Source of the DNA: Gammaproteobacteria bacterium
GTDB taxonomy: Bacteria; Pseudomonadota; Gammaproteobacteria; Ga0077536
Assembly: GCA_963662545.2 (NCBI GenBank)
Contig: CAXXLL010000003.1
Coordinates: 2,144,001-2,208,000, forward strand
Direction: 5' to 3'
Length of the DNA: 64,000 nt
This document shows, in pieces, positions 9,676 to 19,804 of this stretch (position 1 is its first letter; each line of letters begins with the position of its first letter). The notes below the pieces were generated by a model that was given only the letters and a program-made list of their open reading frames with translations, made no database searches and was not told the origin of the DNA. The position numbers and the translations under genes are program-made.

Positions 9676-11259
9676 TCAAACGGCGGCGTCTGGTAATTGA
9701 TCTCGTGTTGCGGTAACGACGGCCAAGTTAGAACGCAGCGGTTGGGTAGCGAACAATGTCTTCCACACCCGAGGCGTGAGTTGTTCCACTGCGCTATCCG
9801 GATGGATCGCGATCCTCTGGAGTACATCAACCAGGTAGGTGTACGGATTAATGCCGTGTATTCGGCAAGTACAGATCAAACTTTGTATGATCCCAACGTG
9901 TTCAGCGCCCACCTCAGTCCAACAGAACATCCAATTCTTTCGGCCCATCGGAATGGGTCTCAGAGCGCGCTCTAAATGATTCGTGTCGATCGCGACGCTC
10001 GCATCCGATAAGTAAACACGTAACGCGCCCTCACGCTCGGCTGCATAGGCCAGCGCCTTCGTAAACGGCTGACTCGGTAATAAACCCATGCACTGGCGTT
10101 GCTCGTCAAGCCAGGCAAAAAATGCATCAACCGCAGGCAAGGCGTACCGGCTGCGGTAGGTCTGGGTCGCCGCTTCATCCATTGCCTGGTCACGGATGGT
10201 GGCCTCAACGGCATACAGTGCCGCGATCAAATCAAGTGCCTGCGCCGCACTTTGTGGCCTATCGGATAATGCCCTTTCGAACTGACGACGCGTGTGCGCC
10301 CAGCATTGCGCATGCACGACTTCATCGCCGCGATCGGCGGCAAAACGCGCATAAGCCGCGGCGCCATCGGTTAGTAAGGTGCCTTTAAAGTCCACCAACG
10401 TTTTGTCGATGTGCGACCGCGCCTTGGTTCGCGCAAACGTGAACGCAATCTCATCCGCTTCGCCATAAATTGGCCAATACCACGCCGCGTTCATCTTGCC
10501 CTTGCCCGAGCGACCCGCCTTAATCGGCGTTTCATCCATCGCCAGCGTCTTCGATAACAAGATATGCCGCAACTGCGCCAGATAAATCGGCTTCAACAGG
10601 TCACTTGCCTTCTGCACCCAGTGCGTCAGACTCGACCGCGCCACGGTAATGCCGTTCAGCCCCATTCGTTGATGTTGACGGTACAGCGGCAGGTGATAAG
10701 CGAACTTATCAACCAGCATCCCCGCAACCACACTCACATCCGCCAATGAGCCGGACCACAGACCATCGGGCGCCGGGATCGTGAAGATCTGACCGTCGCT
10801 TTTGCGCTTCACTACCGGTTGGATGTACTTCAAGACCACATAGGCCGCCGGCCGTTGCGCTAAACGATAGGTGATCTTTTCACTGCTCGCTTCAAACGCA
10901 TCCGCGACATCTTCAGGTACCGACAATTGGATGCATTCAATCGGCACCGAGTCATCGAAACGTAACCCTTGATCAGTCACACAATCATCGCCACGGCGCT
11001 TTCCTTTGCGCCGCTGATAAGTGATCGTTTCTTTCTCAACCGCCGCCGTCGATGACGACTCATCCTCGAAGCCATTGAGTAACCGTTGATCGGGATTGGG
11101 ATCAATCAGCCGCCGTTCAGACTTGCGACCGAACAGTTGGCGTTTGAACCAGTCGAGTTGTTGGGTGAGTGTGGCGACCTGCGTTTTGAGGGCTGTGTTT
11201 TCCGCTTGTAACACCGCCGCATCAAGTGATATTTCCGGCGTTGCATAACCCCCATTCAT
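9676..11259 (-). CDS. tnpC: IS66 transposase TnpC
   Basis: QLFGRKSE, KFAYHLPLYRQ, MDETP, LLTDG, CWAHTRR, DTNHLERALR. Confidence 0.95.
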   Translation of the reverse strand: MNGGYATPEISLDAAVLQAENTALKTQVATLTQQLDWFKRQLFGRKSERRLIDPNPDQRLLNGFEDESSSTAAVEKETITYQRRKGKRRGDDCVTDQGLRFDDSVPIECIQLSVPEDVADAFEASSEKITYRLAQRPAAYVVLKYIQPVVKRKSDGQIFTIPAPDGLWSGSLADVSVVAGMLVDKFAYHLPLYRQHQRMGLNGITVARSSLTHWVQKASDLLKPIYLAQLRHILLSKTLAMDETPIKAGRSGKGKMNAAWYWPIYGEADEIAFTFARTKARSHIDKTLVDFKGTLLTDGAAAYARFAADRGDEVVHAQCWAHTRRQFERALSDRPQSAAQALDLIAALYAVEATIRDQAMDEAATQTYRSRYALPAVDAFFAWLDEQRQCMGLLPSQPFTKALAYAAEREGALRVYLSDASVAIDTNHLERALRPIPMGRKNWMFCWTEVGAEHVGIIQSLICTCRIHGINPYTYLVDVLQRIAIHPDSAVEQLTPRVWKTLFATQPLRSNLAVVTATRDQLPDAAV

Positions 11260-11277
11260 GGGTACGTATTGTACCGT

Positions 11278-11646
11278 TTACACTGCTGACCGTCGATCGT
11301 TTTCCGGTAATCGAAACCGTTTTAATCGACGCACTGAGCGTAGATCGATCCCTTCAATAATGCACTGCCATTCGCTGCGTTGCAGCCGCTGTTTGACCTC
11401 GCTATTCCACCGAACCTGGAACTGACCGCGTTCGAGTTTCTTACTCCACAGACAATATCCGTCCGACTCAAAGTACAGCGCTTTTAATAACGTACGCCGG
11501 CGATTGACGAAAACGTACAGTGCCCCATCGAGGGGCTCCTCGTGTAACGCCTGCCGCACCAACGCCGATAAACCATGGAACGATTGACGCATATCAGTCG
11601 GTGCCCGACATAACCATATACGCAAACCCGATGGGGGCGACCACAT
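11278..11646 (-). CDS. tnpB: IS66 accessory protein TnpB
   Basis: PTDMRQSFHGL, YVFVNRRR, KKLERGQF. Confidence 0.93.
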   Translation of the reverse strand: MWSPPSGLRIWLCRAPTDMRQSFHGLSALVRQALHEEPLDGALYVFVNRRRTLLKALYFESDGYCLWSKKLERGQFQVRWNSEVKQRLQRSEWQCIIEGIDLRSVRRLKRFRLPENDRRSAV

Positions 11647-11936
11647 CAGTGCCGTGACACACGTAGCACGATGTCATCACCGAGCGCTAACTCGATATCC
11701 CATTGTGCATTGGTTAATGGTTGTAACGGGGCCAACTCGACGAAACGTGTTTCCGCCTTCCCTATCTGAGCGTCCCTCGCTGACCTCGACTTCCTTTTAC
11801 TGAACGTCGAATATCCAATTCCTCGCTCAGCACAGAATGCGCGGATCGATGAACCGCTTTGTGCCTGCTCCGCTAATAGGCCACGCCACTCATCCGCACT
11901 ACGTCGTTTGTTCCGAGGTTTTCCGTGATCATTCAT
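11646..11936 (-). CDS. tnpA: IS66 accessory protein TnpA (HTH)
   Basis: W...QAQSGSSIRAFCAERGI motif; position within IS66. Confidence 0.9.
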   Translation of the reverse strand: MNDHGKPRNKRRSADEWRGLLAEQAQSGSSIRAFCAERGIGYSTFSKRKSRSARDAQIGKAETRFVELAPLQPLTNAQWDIELALGDDIVLRVSRH

Positions 11937-12022
11937 TTACCAAGCTCCCGATTGACTGGGAAACCTGGCAAACTAAACCATCTGCCCGAGACCGTGAATA
12001 ACGGCCTGGATTGACCGGTTAC

Positions 12023-12888
12023 ACTCAAACTCCTTCGCGTATTTCTGAAGGTGCTTCCCGGAAACGTGGACGTGCGTCCCGCGGATCGAAAGCTTGAGGC
12101 GTGCCCAGTAGCCTTCCATGCCGTTGACGTGGCACGCACCGCTCACATATTCACCCGCGCCGTGATTAACCGTCTCATGCTCGTATCCGGCCCGAGACAG
12201 CCCGCTATAGGACTTCAGTTCGTCGGTATGAACCGTGCTGCCCGCTTTGACGTTCGCCTTGATGATGGGCTGAAGGGTCTTTTTACGCACGTTCGGAACG
12301 ACCTTCGTCATCACATCGCCGCCACGTTCAAGCATACCGAACACAACAGTTTTACCGGGAGCGCCGCGTCCGCGTTTGCCGCCAGATCTCTTACCGCCCA
12401 CATACGTCTCATCCGCCTCAATATCGCCGCCTCCAGGTCCGCCCAACGGCCACTCGCCGTCCGTATCGGCCATATACTTGCGGATCTGGTGCGCCATGCG
12501 CCACGCACACTTGTAAGTCACACCAAGCTGACGCTCCAATTCCTTCGCTGCCACCCCGTGACGAGAGACAGAGAACAAGTGCATCGCATAAAACCACTTA
12601 TGGAGCGGGGTGCGACTGCGGTGCATGAGCGTTCCGGCGCAGGGGTAGATATGATGCTTGCAGTGCTGGCACAGATAGGCTCGGTCGCGTTTCAGGCGAT
12701 AGAACTTGCTGTGCTGCCCGCACTTCGGGCAGTCGAACTCTGTACCGCCGTAGCGCGCGGTCATCATGTGATGCAAGCACGCCTCATCGTCCGGGAACTG
12801 CTTTTGAAATTCGTAGAATGTCGTCATCGCCTTCTCCTATGCCCCTATATTAGGGCATGAGTGATGACGTGTTAAGGGGATAATTACG
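12023..12888 (-). mobile_element. IS1595 copy, 3'-truncated by IS66 (transposase start 12827)
   Basis: Inverted copy of 15065-15930; the translation is identical up to YAKEFE. Confidence 0.93.
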
Positions 12889-12919
12889 TTAAAGAATAAT
12901 AGCCGCGTGAGCGGATATG

Positions 12920-13165
12920 CCCCCTTCGTCGGTTACTACAACCACGAGCGCTACCACGAGAGTCTGAATAACTTGACTCCGGCGGATGTGTACTACGGGC
13001 GCGGTGAGACGATTATATCGATGCGGCAAAAAATTTAGCGGCGCACGCTCGAACCGCGCCGGCAGTTACACTATCAACAAAAGGCAGCTTGAATGGCAAA
13101 CCCGATGAGCCGAATACTCTCTTAATTCTGACTGCCCTCTGTCCGAAAAGCTTTGACGACGTATA
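12920..13165 (+). pseudogene. IS3/IS481-like transposase 3' remnant and right end
   Basis: FVGYYNHERYHESLNNLTPADVYYGRG; related remnants at about 40070-40310 and 44760-44987. Confidence 0.75.
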
Positions 13166-13216
13166 GTATAAGGAGTCACACCTCAATTCTATTAAACACT
13201 ATCAGGAGCGTGTTCG

Positions 13217-14446
13217 ATGGAATCTAAACAAAGTTCGGATCTGACTCGCAGGCGATTCCTTCAAGGGGGGCTGACCGCAGGCACCACGTTGTGGGCGGTT
13301 ACATCTAGCGCCGATGCTCCCGACCCAACTCGCGTACCCGGAAGGACATTCAGCGAAACCGGCGGCTACGGAGTACGTTCGCAATTCGCCGACGAGTCGC
13401 GGCTGGCACTCACACGCAATGGCCTCACGGGCGGCAGCCTCACGCCGCTTGCCAGCGGGCACGGCATCGTGACTCCCGCCGGTCTCCACTACGAGGCCCA
13501 CCACAATGGCTGCCCGACCATCGACCCGAGTCAACATCGGCTGCTCGTACACGGCGGTGTGAATTCTCCAAAGACGTTCACGGTCGCGGATCTGATGCGC
13601 TTCCCGTCCGTAACACGGTTTCACTTTCTCGAGTGCGCTGGCAACGGCTGGTCCGAATGGGAAAAACCGGTCGGGAAAGACGTGCAGTGGACGCACGGAC
13701 TCACGAGCTGCTCTGAGTGGACGGGGGTTCGGCTTGCGACGCTGTTGCGCGAGCTGGGCATTCGGAGCGATGCGAAATGGGTGCTCGCCGAAGGGGGCGA
13801 CGGAGCCGGGTTGATGCGGAGTTTCCCCATTGAAAAGGCGATGGACGATGCCATCCTCGCCTATGCGCAGAACGGCGAGCCCCTCCGCCCAGAGCAGGGC
13901 TTCCCGTTACGCCTCCTCGTGCCCGGATTCGAGGGCAATATGAACGTGAAATGGTTACGCCGCATCGAACTCGGCGACCAACCGTGGTGGACGCAATCCG
14001 AGGTGGCCGAATACGCGGACCCGATGCTCGGTGGCAAGACGCGGGTGTTCTCTTTCGAGATGCACGCCAAATCGGTGATCACAACACCCTCCGGTGGGAT
14101 GCGTCTCGATGCGCCGGGCTTCTATGAGATCAGCGGGCTGGCTTGGAGTGGCCTCGGGAAAGTACACCGCGTCGAAGTGTCGACCGACGGTGGGGGCCGT
14201 TGGCAAGACGCGGTACTGCAACGCCCCGTGCTTTCAAAGTGCCACACCCGCTTTAGCGTCCCATGGAAATGGAAGGGCGAAGAGGCGGTGCTGCAGAGCC
14301 GCGTGACTGACGACAGCGGCTATGTCCAGCCGACCCTCGCGGCGCTTCACAAAGTCCGCGCCGCCGACGGAGGAAACCACAACAACGCCGTCCAGAGCTG
14401 GCGCATCGCCCGCGATGGGGAGGTCGGCAATGTCCACCACACCTAA
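13217..14446 (+). CDS. soxC: SoxC-type sulfite dehydrogenase molybdoprotein with Tat signal
   Basis: TRRRFL Tat motif; FLECAGNG, SCSEWTGV, QNGEPLRPEQGFPLRL, NVKWLRRI, SGLAWSG. Confidence 0.9.
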   Translation: MESKQSSDLTRRRFLQGGLTAGTTLWAVTSSADAPDPTRVPGRTFSETGGYGVRSQFADESRLALTRNGLTGGSLTPLASGHGIVTPAGLHYEAHHNGCPTIDPSQHRLLVHGGVNSPKTFTVADLMRFPSVTRFHFLECAGNGWSEWEKPVGKDVQWTHGLTSCSEWTGVRLATLLRELGIRSDAKWVLAEGGDGAGLMRSFPIEKAMDDAILAYAQNGEPLRPEQGFPLRLLVPGFEGNMNVKWLRRIELGDQPWWTQSEVAEYADPMLGGKTRVFSFEMHAKSVITTPSGGMRLDAPGFYEISGLAWSGLGKVHRVEVSTDGGGRWQDAVLQRPVLSKCHTRFSVPWKWKGEEAVLQSRVTDDSGYVQPTLAALHKVRAADGGNHNNAVQSWRIARDGEVGNVHHT

Positions 14447-15017
14447 CGCTCCGGTAATCGCCGCGCTGGGTTTTTTCGCTCTGGCCTGCAACGCGGACGA
14501 ACTCCCGAAGCCAACGGCAAGCGAGTTCGGGTTTGGCCGTGTCGCTAGCGCCGAGGAGATCGCGCGCGCAGACATTGACGTGCGCTTCGACGGATTAGGG
14601 CTACCGCCCGGACGTGGCAACGCTACCGAGGGCGCAGCAACCTACGGCGCCCAATGCGCCGCGTGTCACGGAAGCGAACTCGAGGGCAACCCAAACCTTG
14701 GGGTGCGGCCGCTGATCAGCGACTTCCGCCACTCCGTCAACAACCTCCCCTATGCGCCACCGCTCTTCGCCTATATTCGCCGGTCGATGCCACTCACTGC
14801 TCCCGGATCGCTCAGTGACAACGAGGTCTACGGGTTGGTCGCGTTCCTTCTGTCCCGAGCTGGGATCAACACCGCGCCGGACTTAGTACTAGATGCCGCT
14901 GCGCTCGCCGCTGTTGAGATGCCCAATCGCAAGAATTTTTTTACGGACGATGATCCCGGTGTCGTACTCCCGGAGCCGGCGCACCGCAAAGATATAGGCT
15001 CTGGTCTCCGAAGGTAG
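14430..15017 (+). CDS. soxD: SoxD-like monohaem cytochrome c (possible lipoprotein)
   Basis: GLPPGRG, CAACHG, YIRRSMP, MPNR; overlaps soxC; LALAC lipobox-like sequence. Confidence 0.85.
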   Translation: MSTTPNAPVIAALGFFALACNADELPKPTASEFGFGRVASAEEIARADIDVRFDGLGLPPGRGNATEGAATYGAQCAACHGSELEGNPNLGVRPLISDFRHSVNNLPYAPPLFAYIRRSMPLTAPGSLSDNEVYGLVAFLLSRAGINTAPDLVLDAAALAAVEMPNRKNFFTDDDPGVVLPEPAHRKDIGSGLRR

Positions 15018-15125
15018 ACTCGAGCGGTTTTCAAGCATGTCCCGATGGGGAAAGCATTAATATACGTAATTATCCCCTTAACACGTCATCACTCATGCCC
15101 TAATATAGGGGCATAGGAGAAGGCG

Positions 15126-15992
15126 ATGACGACATTCTACGAATTTCAAAAGCAGTTCCCGGACGATGAGGCGTGCTTGCATCACATGATGACCGCGCGC
15201 TACGGCGGTACAGAGTTCGACTGCCCGAAGTGCGGGCAGCACAGCAAGTTCTATCGCCTGAAACGCGACCGAGCCTATCTGTGCCAGCACTGCAAGCATC
15301 ATATCTACCCCTGCGCCGGAACGCTCATGCACCGCAGTCGCACCCCGCTCCATAAGTGGTTTTATGCGATGCACTTGTTCTCTGTCTCTCGTCACGGGGT
15401 GGCAGCGAAGGAATTGGAGCGTCAGCTTGGTGTGACTTACAAGTGTGCGTGGCGCATGGCGCACCAGATCCGCAAGTATATGGCCGATACGGACGGCGAG
15501 TGGCCGTTGGGCGGACCTGGAGGCGGCGATATTGAGGCGGATGAGACGTATGTGGGCGGTAAGAGATCTGGCGGCAAACGCGGACGCGGCGCTCCCGGTA
15601 AAACTGTTGTGTTCGGTATGCTTGAACGTGGCGGCGATGTGATGACGAAGGTCGTTCCGAACGTGCGTAAAAAGACCCTTCAGCCCATCATCAAGGCGAA
15701 CGTCAAAGCGGGCAGCACGGTTCATACCGACGAACTGAAGTCCTATAGCGGGCTGTCTCGGGCCGGATACGAGCATGAGACGGTTAATCACGGCGCGGGT
15801 GAATATGTGAGCGGTGCGTGCCACGTCAACGGCATGGAAGGCTACTGGGCACGCCTCAAGCTTTCGATCCGCGGGACGCACGTCCACGTTTCCGGGAAGC
15901 ACCTTCAGAAATACGCGAAGGAGTTTGAGTACCGCTATAACCGCCGGAATCGGCCTGACGCGATTTTCGGTGATCTGGTGGCAAACCTCTGA
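15126..15992 (+). CDS. IS1595 family transposase
   Basis: CPKCG...CQHC, IEADETYVGG, HTDE, HVNGMEGYW, EFEYRYNRR. Confidence 0.95.
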   Translation: MTTFYEFQKQFPDDEACLHHMMTARYGGTEFDCPKCGQHSKFYRLKRDRAYLCQHCKHHIYPCAGTLMHRSRTPLHKWFYAMHLFSVSRHGVAAKELERQLGVTYKCAWRMAHQIRKYMADTDGEWPLGGPGGGDIEADETYVGGKRSGGKRGRGAPGKTVVFGMLERGGDVMTKVVPNVRKKTLQPIIKANVKAGSTVHTDELKSYSGLSRAGYEHETVNHGAGEYVSGACHVNGMEGYWARLKLSIRGTHVHVSGKHLQKYAKEFEYRYNRRNRPDAIFGDLVANL

Positions 15993-16111
15993 CCGCGGCA
16001 TCAAGCAACACCTCGAAGCGTTGGGCTGCGTAGGGGTGCGGGTCTTCAACATCTCGCGGATTCATAGGCTTGTATACGCTCATATCGCCTCCAGAAATGG
16101 TATGTAATTAC

Positions 16112-16846
16112 TCAAGAAAATTCTTCTTCTAACGTTTCAAGCGCATCAAATATTTGGCCCGGCACATGATCATTTGCATTTGCAAAGCCTTCTTCCAACG
16201 CGTCTTCCGCCAAATCCCACAACGAATCTACTTCATCCGGGTTGTTACTTGGCAGGTGGAGCTTTCCTGACAGGCGGCGCTTCTTTAAAGCTTGCGCCGC
16301 GAAAACATCCATTTCAGATGTTCTGTGCTGGGCATTTTTAAAATCCTTGTAAAATGCTTCAATTTCTTCTGTTGTCGAGGCATTCATAATGGCCCGGACA
16401 ACTCGCCAGCCGTTGCCGGGATTCTTTCGCGCGACTCTTTTATCGGCCCATATTTGCCAGAATCTTCGAATGCGAAACCAGATGGACGGAGGTTTAGCGG
16501 TTCCTGTCGCGGGCAGCGTCGTGATGTGAGCCACTATTGGCTGTGCTTTGCCAGTACTACGTAGCTTCTGTTGGCGAATGCTAAATTCACAAACAATCCC
16601 TAATAGGAGGACGAGCCCGATAATGGTCCACCAATACCAAGGCAAAAAGCCGCCAGTCATGATTGCCACGTCGTAGACAGTGGGCAATTTATCCGCCAAT
16701 TCCTTCGATAAAAATTGAGCGCCAAAGAGGTCCCAACCAGAGGCAAGGAAGTATAACCACAGGACGACTTTTGCTGCCGGACGACCAAGCGCAAGACTGA
16801 AAAAAACTCTCCACCGATCTTCAAACCATTGGCGCGGCTGCAGCAT
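16112..16846 (-). CDS. Hypothetical membrane protein (IS1595 passenger)
   Basis: 244-aa AT-richer ORF with two hydrophobic segments and a helical, acidic C-terminus; lies inside the IS1595 IRs. Confidence 0.7.
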   Translation of the reverse strand: MLQPRQWFEDRWRVFFSLALGRPAAKVVLWLYFLASGWDLFGAQFLSKELADKLPTVYDVAIMTGGFLPWYWWTIIGLVLLLGIVCEFSIRQQKLRSTGKAQPIVAHITTLPATGTAKPPSIWFRIRRFWQIWADKRVARKNPGNGWRVVRAIMNASTTEEIEAFYKDFKNAQHRTSEMDVFAAQALKKRRLSGKLHLPSNNPDEVDSLWDLAEDALEEGFANANDHVPGQIFDALETLEEEFS

Positions 16847-17092
16847 CCATACAGCATGCCCGTTAGGTTATGACGTGTCAATGGGATAAACACGAAAAAC
16901 TTTCCCAGTGCTCTCCTGGAATTGGACTCAATGGGTATGGGTTTCATCCGTGTCGATGGTTGAATATTTTCGCCCCCAACAGGCTAACTGACCTGTGCTG
17001 CCATAATCTTCGATATCGCGGGCTAACTTGAACTCATCTACGCCATCGTTCCATAGACGCTGGTAAAGTTCATGCATTGTCCGATCTGGATA

Positions 17093-18367
17093 CAAGAAGT
17101 GGACCCCGGATCTTGGACACTGTCTTAAGTGAAATCTCCACTGGGTCTTAGGCCGCTTGGGCGACCTCATCGAAGTACACCGCATCCGGGGTGCGTCGGT
17201 CCAGCGCCGTGTGGCGGCGCCGAGCATTGTAGAAATCGAAATAGCGGGTGAGGCCGACACGCAGCGCGGCCGGCGTGTCATAGGCTCGCAGGTAGATATC
17301 CTCGTACTTCACGCTGCGCCACAGTCGCTCGACGAAAACGTTGTCGAGCCAGCGCCCCTTGCCATCCATGCTGATCGCCACGCCGTGTGTCTTGAGCACA
17401 TCGGTGAACGCCTCGGAGGTGAATTGCGCGCCCTGGTCGGTGTTGAAGATCTCCGGCGCCCCGTACCGAGCCAACGCCTCCTCAAGTGCCTCGACACAGA
17501 ACGCACTGTCCAACGTGTTCGATACCCGCCACGAGAGCACCCGCCGCGAGTACCAATCCATCACCGCGACCAGATACATGAACCCCCGGGCCATCGGGAT
17601 ATAGCAGATGTCCGTTGCCCAGACCTGGTTCGCCCGCGCGACCGAAATGTCCCTGAGCAAGTACGGGTAGACCTTATGGCCACGACCCGCCACGCTTGTG
17701 CGAGGCTTCGGATAGAGCGCCGCCAGCCCCATCTGGCGCATCAGTCGCTGCACCCGCTTGCGATTGACCCAATGCCCGCGGGTCTCCAGTTCGTCGCGCA
17801 TCCGACGACTGCCGTAGAACGGGCGTTCGAGATGAATCTCGTCGATCAGACGCATCAGCGCCAAGTCTGCCTCCGACACTGGGCTCGGGCGGTAGTACGC
17901 CGTCGAGCGCGCGACCTCGAGCAGCTCACAGCGCCGGGTGACCGGCAACGAATGTTCGCGCTGGACCATCTGTCTGCGCTCGCTCATCGGTCGCGACCGA
18001 GCGCTTTGGATAAAAAATCCTTCTCCATTGTCAGTTGACCGATTTTGGCGTGGAGCTTCTCGGTCTCGCGTTCACCGTTCTCGCCTCCGTCCTTAGCGCC
18101 ATTGCCAAAAAACTCCTCCGCTTGCGACAACAGCTTCTTCTTCCAGTCCTGGATTTGATTGGGGTGAATATCAAACTGCTCAGCGAGTTCAACCACCGTG
18201 CGGTCCTCTCGAACCGCCGCCACAGCCACTTTCGCCTTGAAGCTTGCCGAATGATTGCGTCGTTTCCTCTTTGTCATCTTCTGCTCCTTCTCCGCCGAGT
18301 ACTTTAATACAGAAGATTTCACTTAGCTCCGCCGTTCAGCTGTCCAATCGATGGGGTCCACCGCTCA
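17093..18367 (-). mobile_element. Complete IS3 family element (orfA 17984-18322, orfB 17148-17987)
   Basis: IRs share gtggacccc...ttggaca; orfB has WATDICY, FNTDQGAQFTS and VERLWRSVKYE. Confidence 0.95.
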
Positions 18368-19013
18368 CCTCACCATCTCCTGGCTCTCCCCGCGGATAGG
18401 CGCGCACGTAGGCCATCGGTGAGTGACTCACACGCAGGTGCGTGACCTTCGCCGTCGTCGTCACCCCGTCAATGACGACCATCTCATGCGACCAGTCAAA
18501 CTGATAGACCTCACCCGGCGCGAACACCAGCGCGACGTAGGCGTCGCTGACGGTCGACCCGCGCCGTTGCTGCCACGTCTTTGTGTACCGCCGCACCGCC
18601 TCGTAGCTGCCGGCGTAGCCTTCCGCGCGTAACTGCTCGAACAACCGCATCAACGTCAGCCGTTCGCGTTTGGTTTTGCCCGCATTCTCCTCGAGCAACC
18701 CTTCTAACCGTGCCAGATGAGGGCCCAGCTTGGGATAGACCACCAACGCCCGTTCGTAGCTGAACGTCGTCTCCTGCGCACGCAGCGCCTTGTGAACCGT
18801 ATTCCGAGATACCCCGCGCGACCCGACGATCGATTTAATACTTTTCCCGTGTACGAAATGATCCCGCCGGATCTTCCCCAGTGTCCCCACCGTCAACATC
18901 CCCACCAAGCCTCAGCGATAAAACGCCGGACTTTCTCATGAAGACCCAGGGTGGAGTCATTTTTCGACGCCGAGCACCCCATAAACAGGGTCAATATCCC
19001 ACGCCGATCAACA
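18368..19013 (-). mobile_element. istA: IS21 left fragment (istA N-terminus), truncated by IS3
   Basis: KSIKSIV..RGVSRNTV, FAPGEVYQFDWS; terminus ...gatcaaca at 19013. Confidence 0.88.
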
Positions 19014-19099
19014 CGGTATAGATTGACCCCGCTGGCTGATTGAGCTGGGCCATGTCAAGGTACCCGCCGCACAGGAACACATCGTGAACACTTGAAAGA

Positions 19100-19432
19100 A
19101 TGACAGCACAGCGTCCAGGATATGACGGCACCCAACCCGACGACGGGTGGCCAGTGGAACAGCGCGTGCCTGATGCTGGCGCCGTGCGGCTGTGCGACCT
19201 TCACCCTCGCGACACGCTGGCGCTGGTTTGCGGGCCCTGCGGGCGACGTGGCCGCTATCAGGTCGCGCTCCTGATTGGGACCTGCGGACCGCAGGCCGGA
19301 CTACCCGATATTCGTTGCGCCCTGGCGGCGGTGGGCGAATGCGACGCCTCAACCCATCCGCTGCGACCCTGCCAGGCGCGGTTTGAGGGTCTTGACGGCA
19401 GGCGACGCTCACATGCTGCATCGCCGTGCTGA
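19100..19432 (+). CDS. Small Zn-ribbon hypothetical protein
   Basis: RLCDL...LVCGPCGRRGRY...L...GP...LPDIR...C...C pattern; same layout as 53995-54222. Confidence 0.6.
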   Translation: MTAQRPGYDGTQPDDGWPVEQRVPDAGAVRLCDLHPRDTLALVCGPCGRRGRYQVALLIGTCGPQAGLPDIRCALAAVGECDASTHPLRPCQARFEGLDGRRRSHAASPC

Positions 19433-19602
19433 GCCGCTCGCATCGCGACTGACCAACCCCCCGGGGACATCGAGAACACAAGGTCAGCGTCGATGTCGCT
19501 TCGACACGATGGCCAGACAAGTCTATATCCGGCAGGACAAGACTTTTGAGCGGTCAAGGTGCCGCGCCGGACAACGGGCGTCACCGCTCATCATAAGTGC
19601 GC

Positions 19603-19742
19603 ATCGTCTCCAGAATGCTTATAACGTCTCGCTCGTTCTCCATCCCACCGTGGTAATGAACGTGGGATCAACAAGGATTTAGACAATTAAAAACAATATC
19701 TATCAATCACCTACTTAGATCTATTCGCGGACGACGCGACCG
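19603..19742 (+). repeat. 140-bp att-arm-like segment, copy 2 (core CGGA-N7-ACCG at 19728-19742)
   Basis: Colinear homolog of 8735-8874. Confidence 0.7.
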
Positions 19743-19804
19743 CGTAAATTATTCGGACATAATTCGCTAGAATGCAGGGCCTTCGGCCGGGGGGAGTAAC
19801 AACA

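Larger units (their letters stand above)
9668..12022 (-). mobile_element. Complete IS66 family element
   Basis: Terminal IRs gtaaccggtcaa / ttgaccggttac; tnpA-tnpB-tnpC order; no target duplication. Confidence 0.95.
15065..16894 (+). mobile_element. Complete IS1595 element carrying a passenger gene
   Basis: IRL cgtaattatccccttaacacgtca (15065) vs IRR reverse complement cgtgtttatcccattgacacgtca (16871-16894), 20/24 match. Confidence 0.85.

Noticed and set aside
3865-11646. tnpB genes as RNA-guided TnpB nucleases
   Set aside because: These are ~120-aa IS66 accessory proteins, unrelated to IS200/IS605 TnpB; no RuvC motifs.
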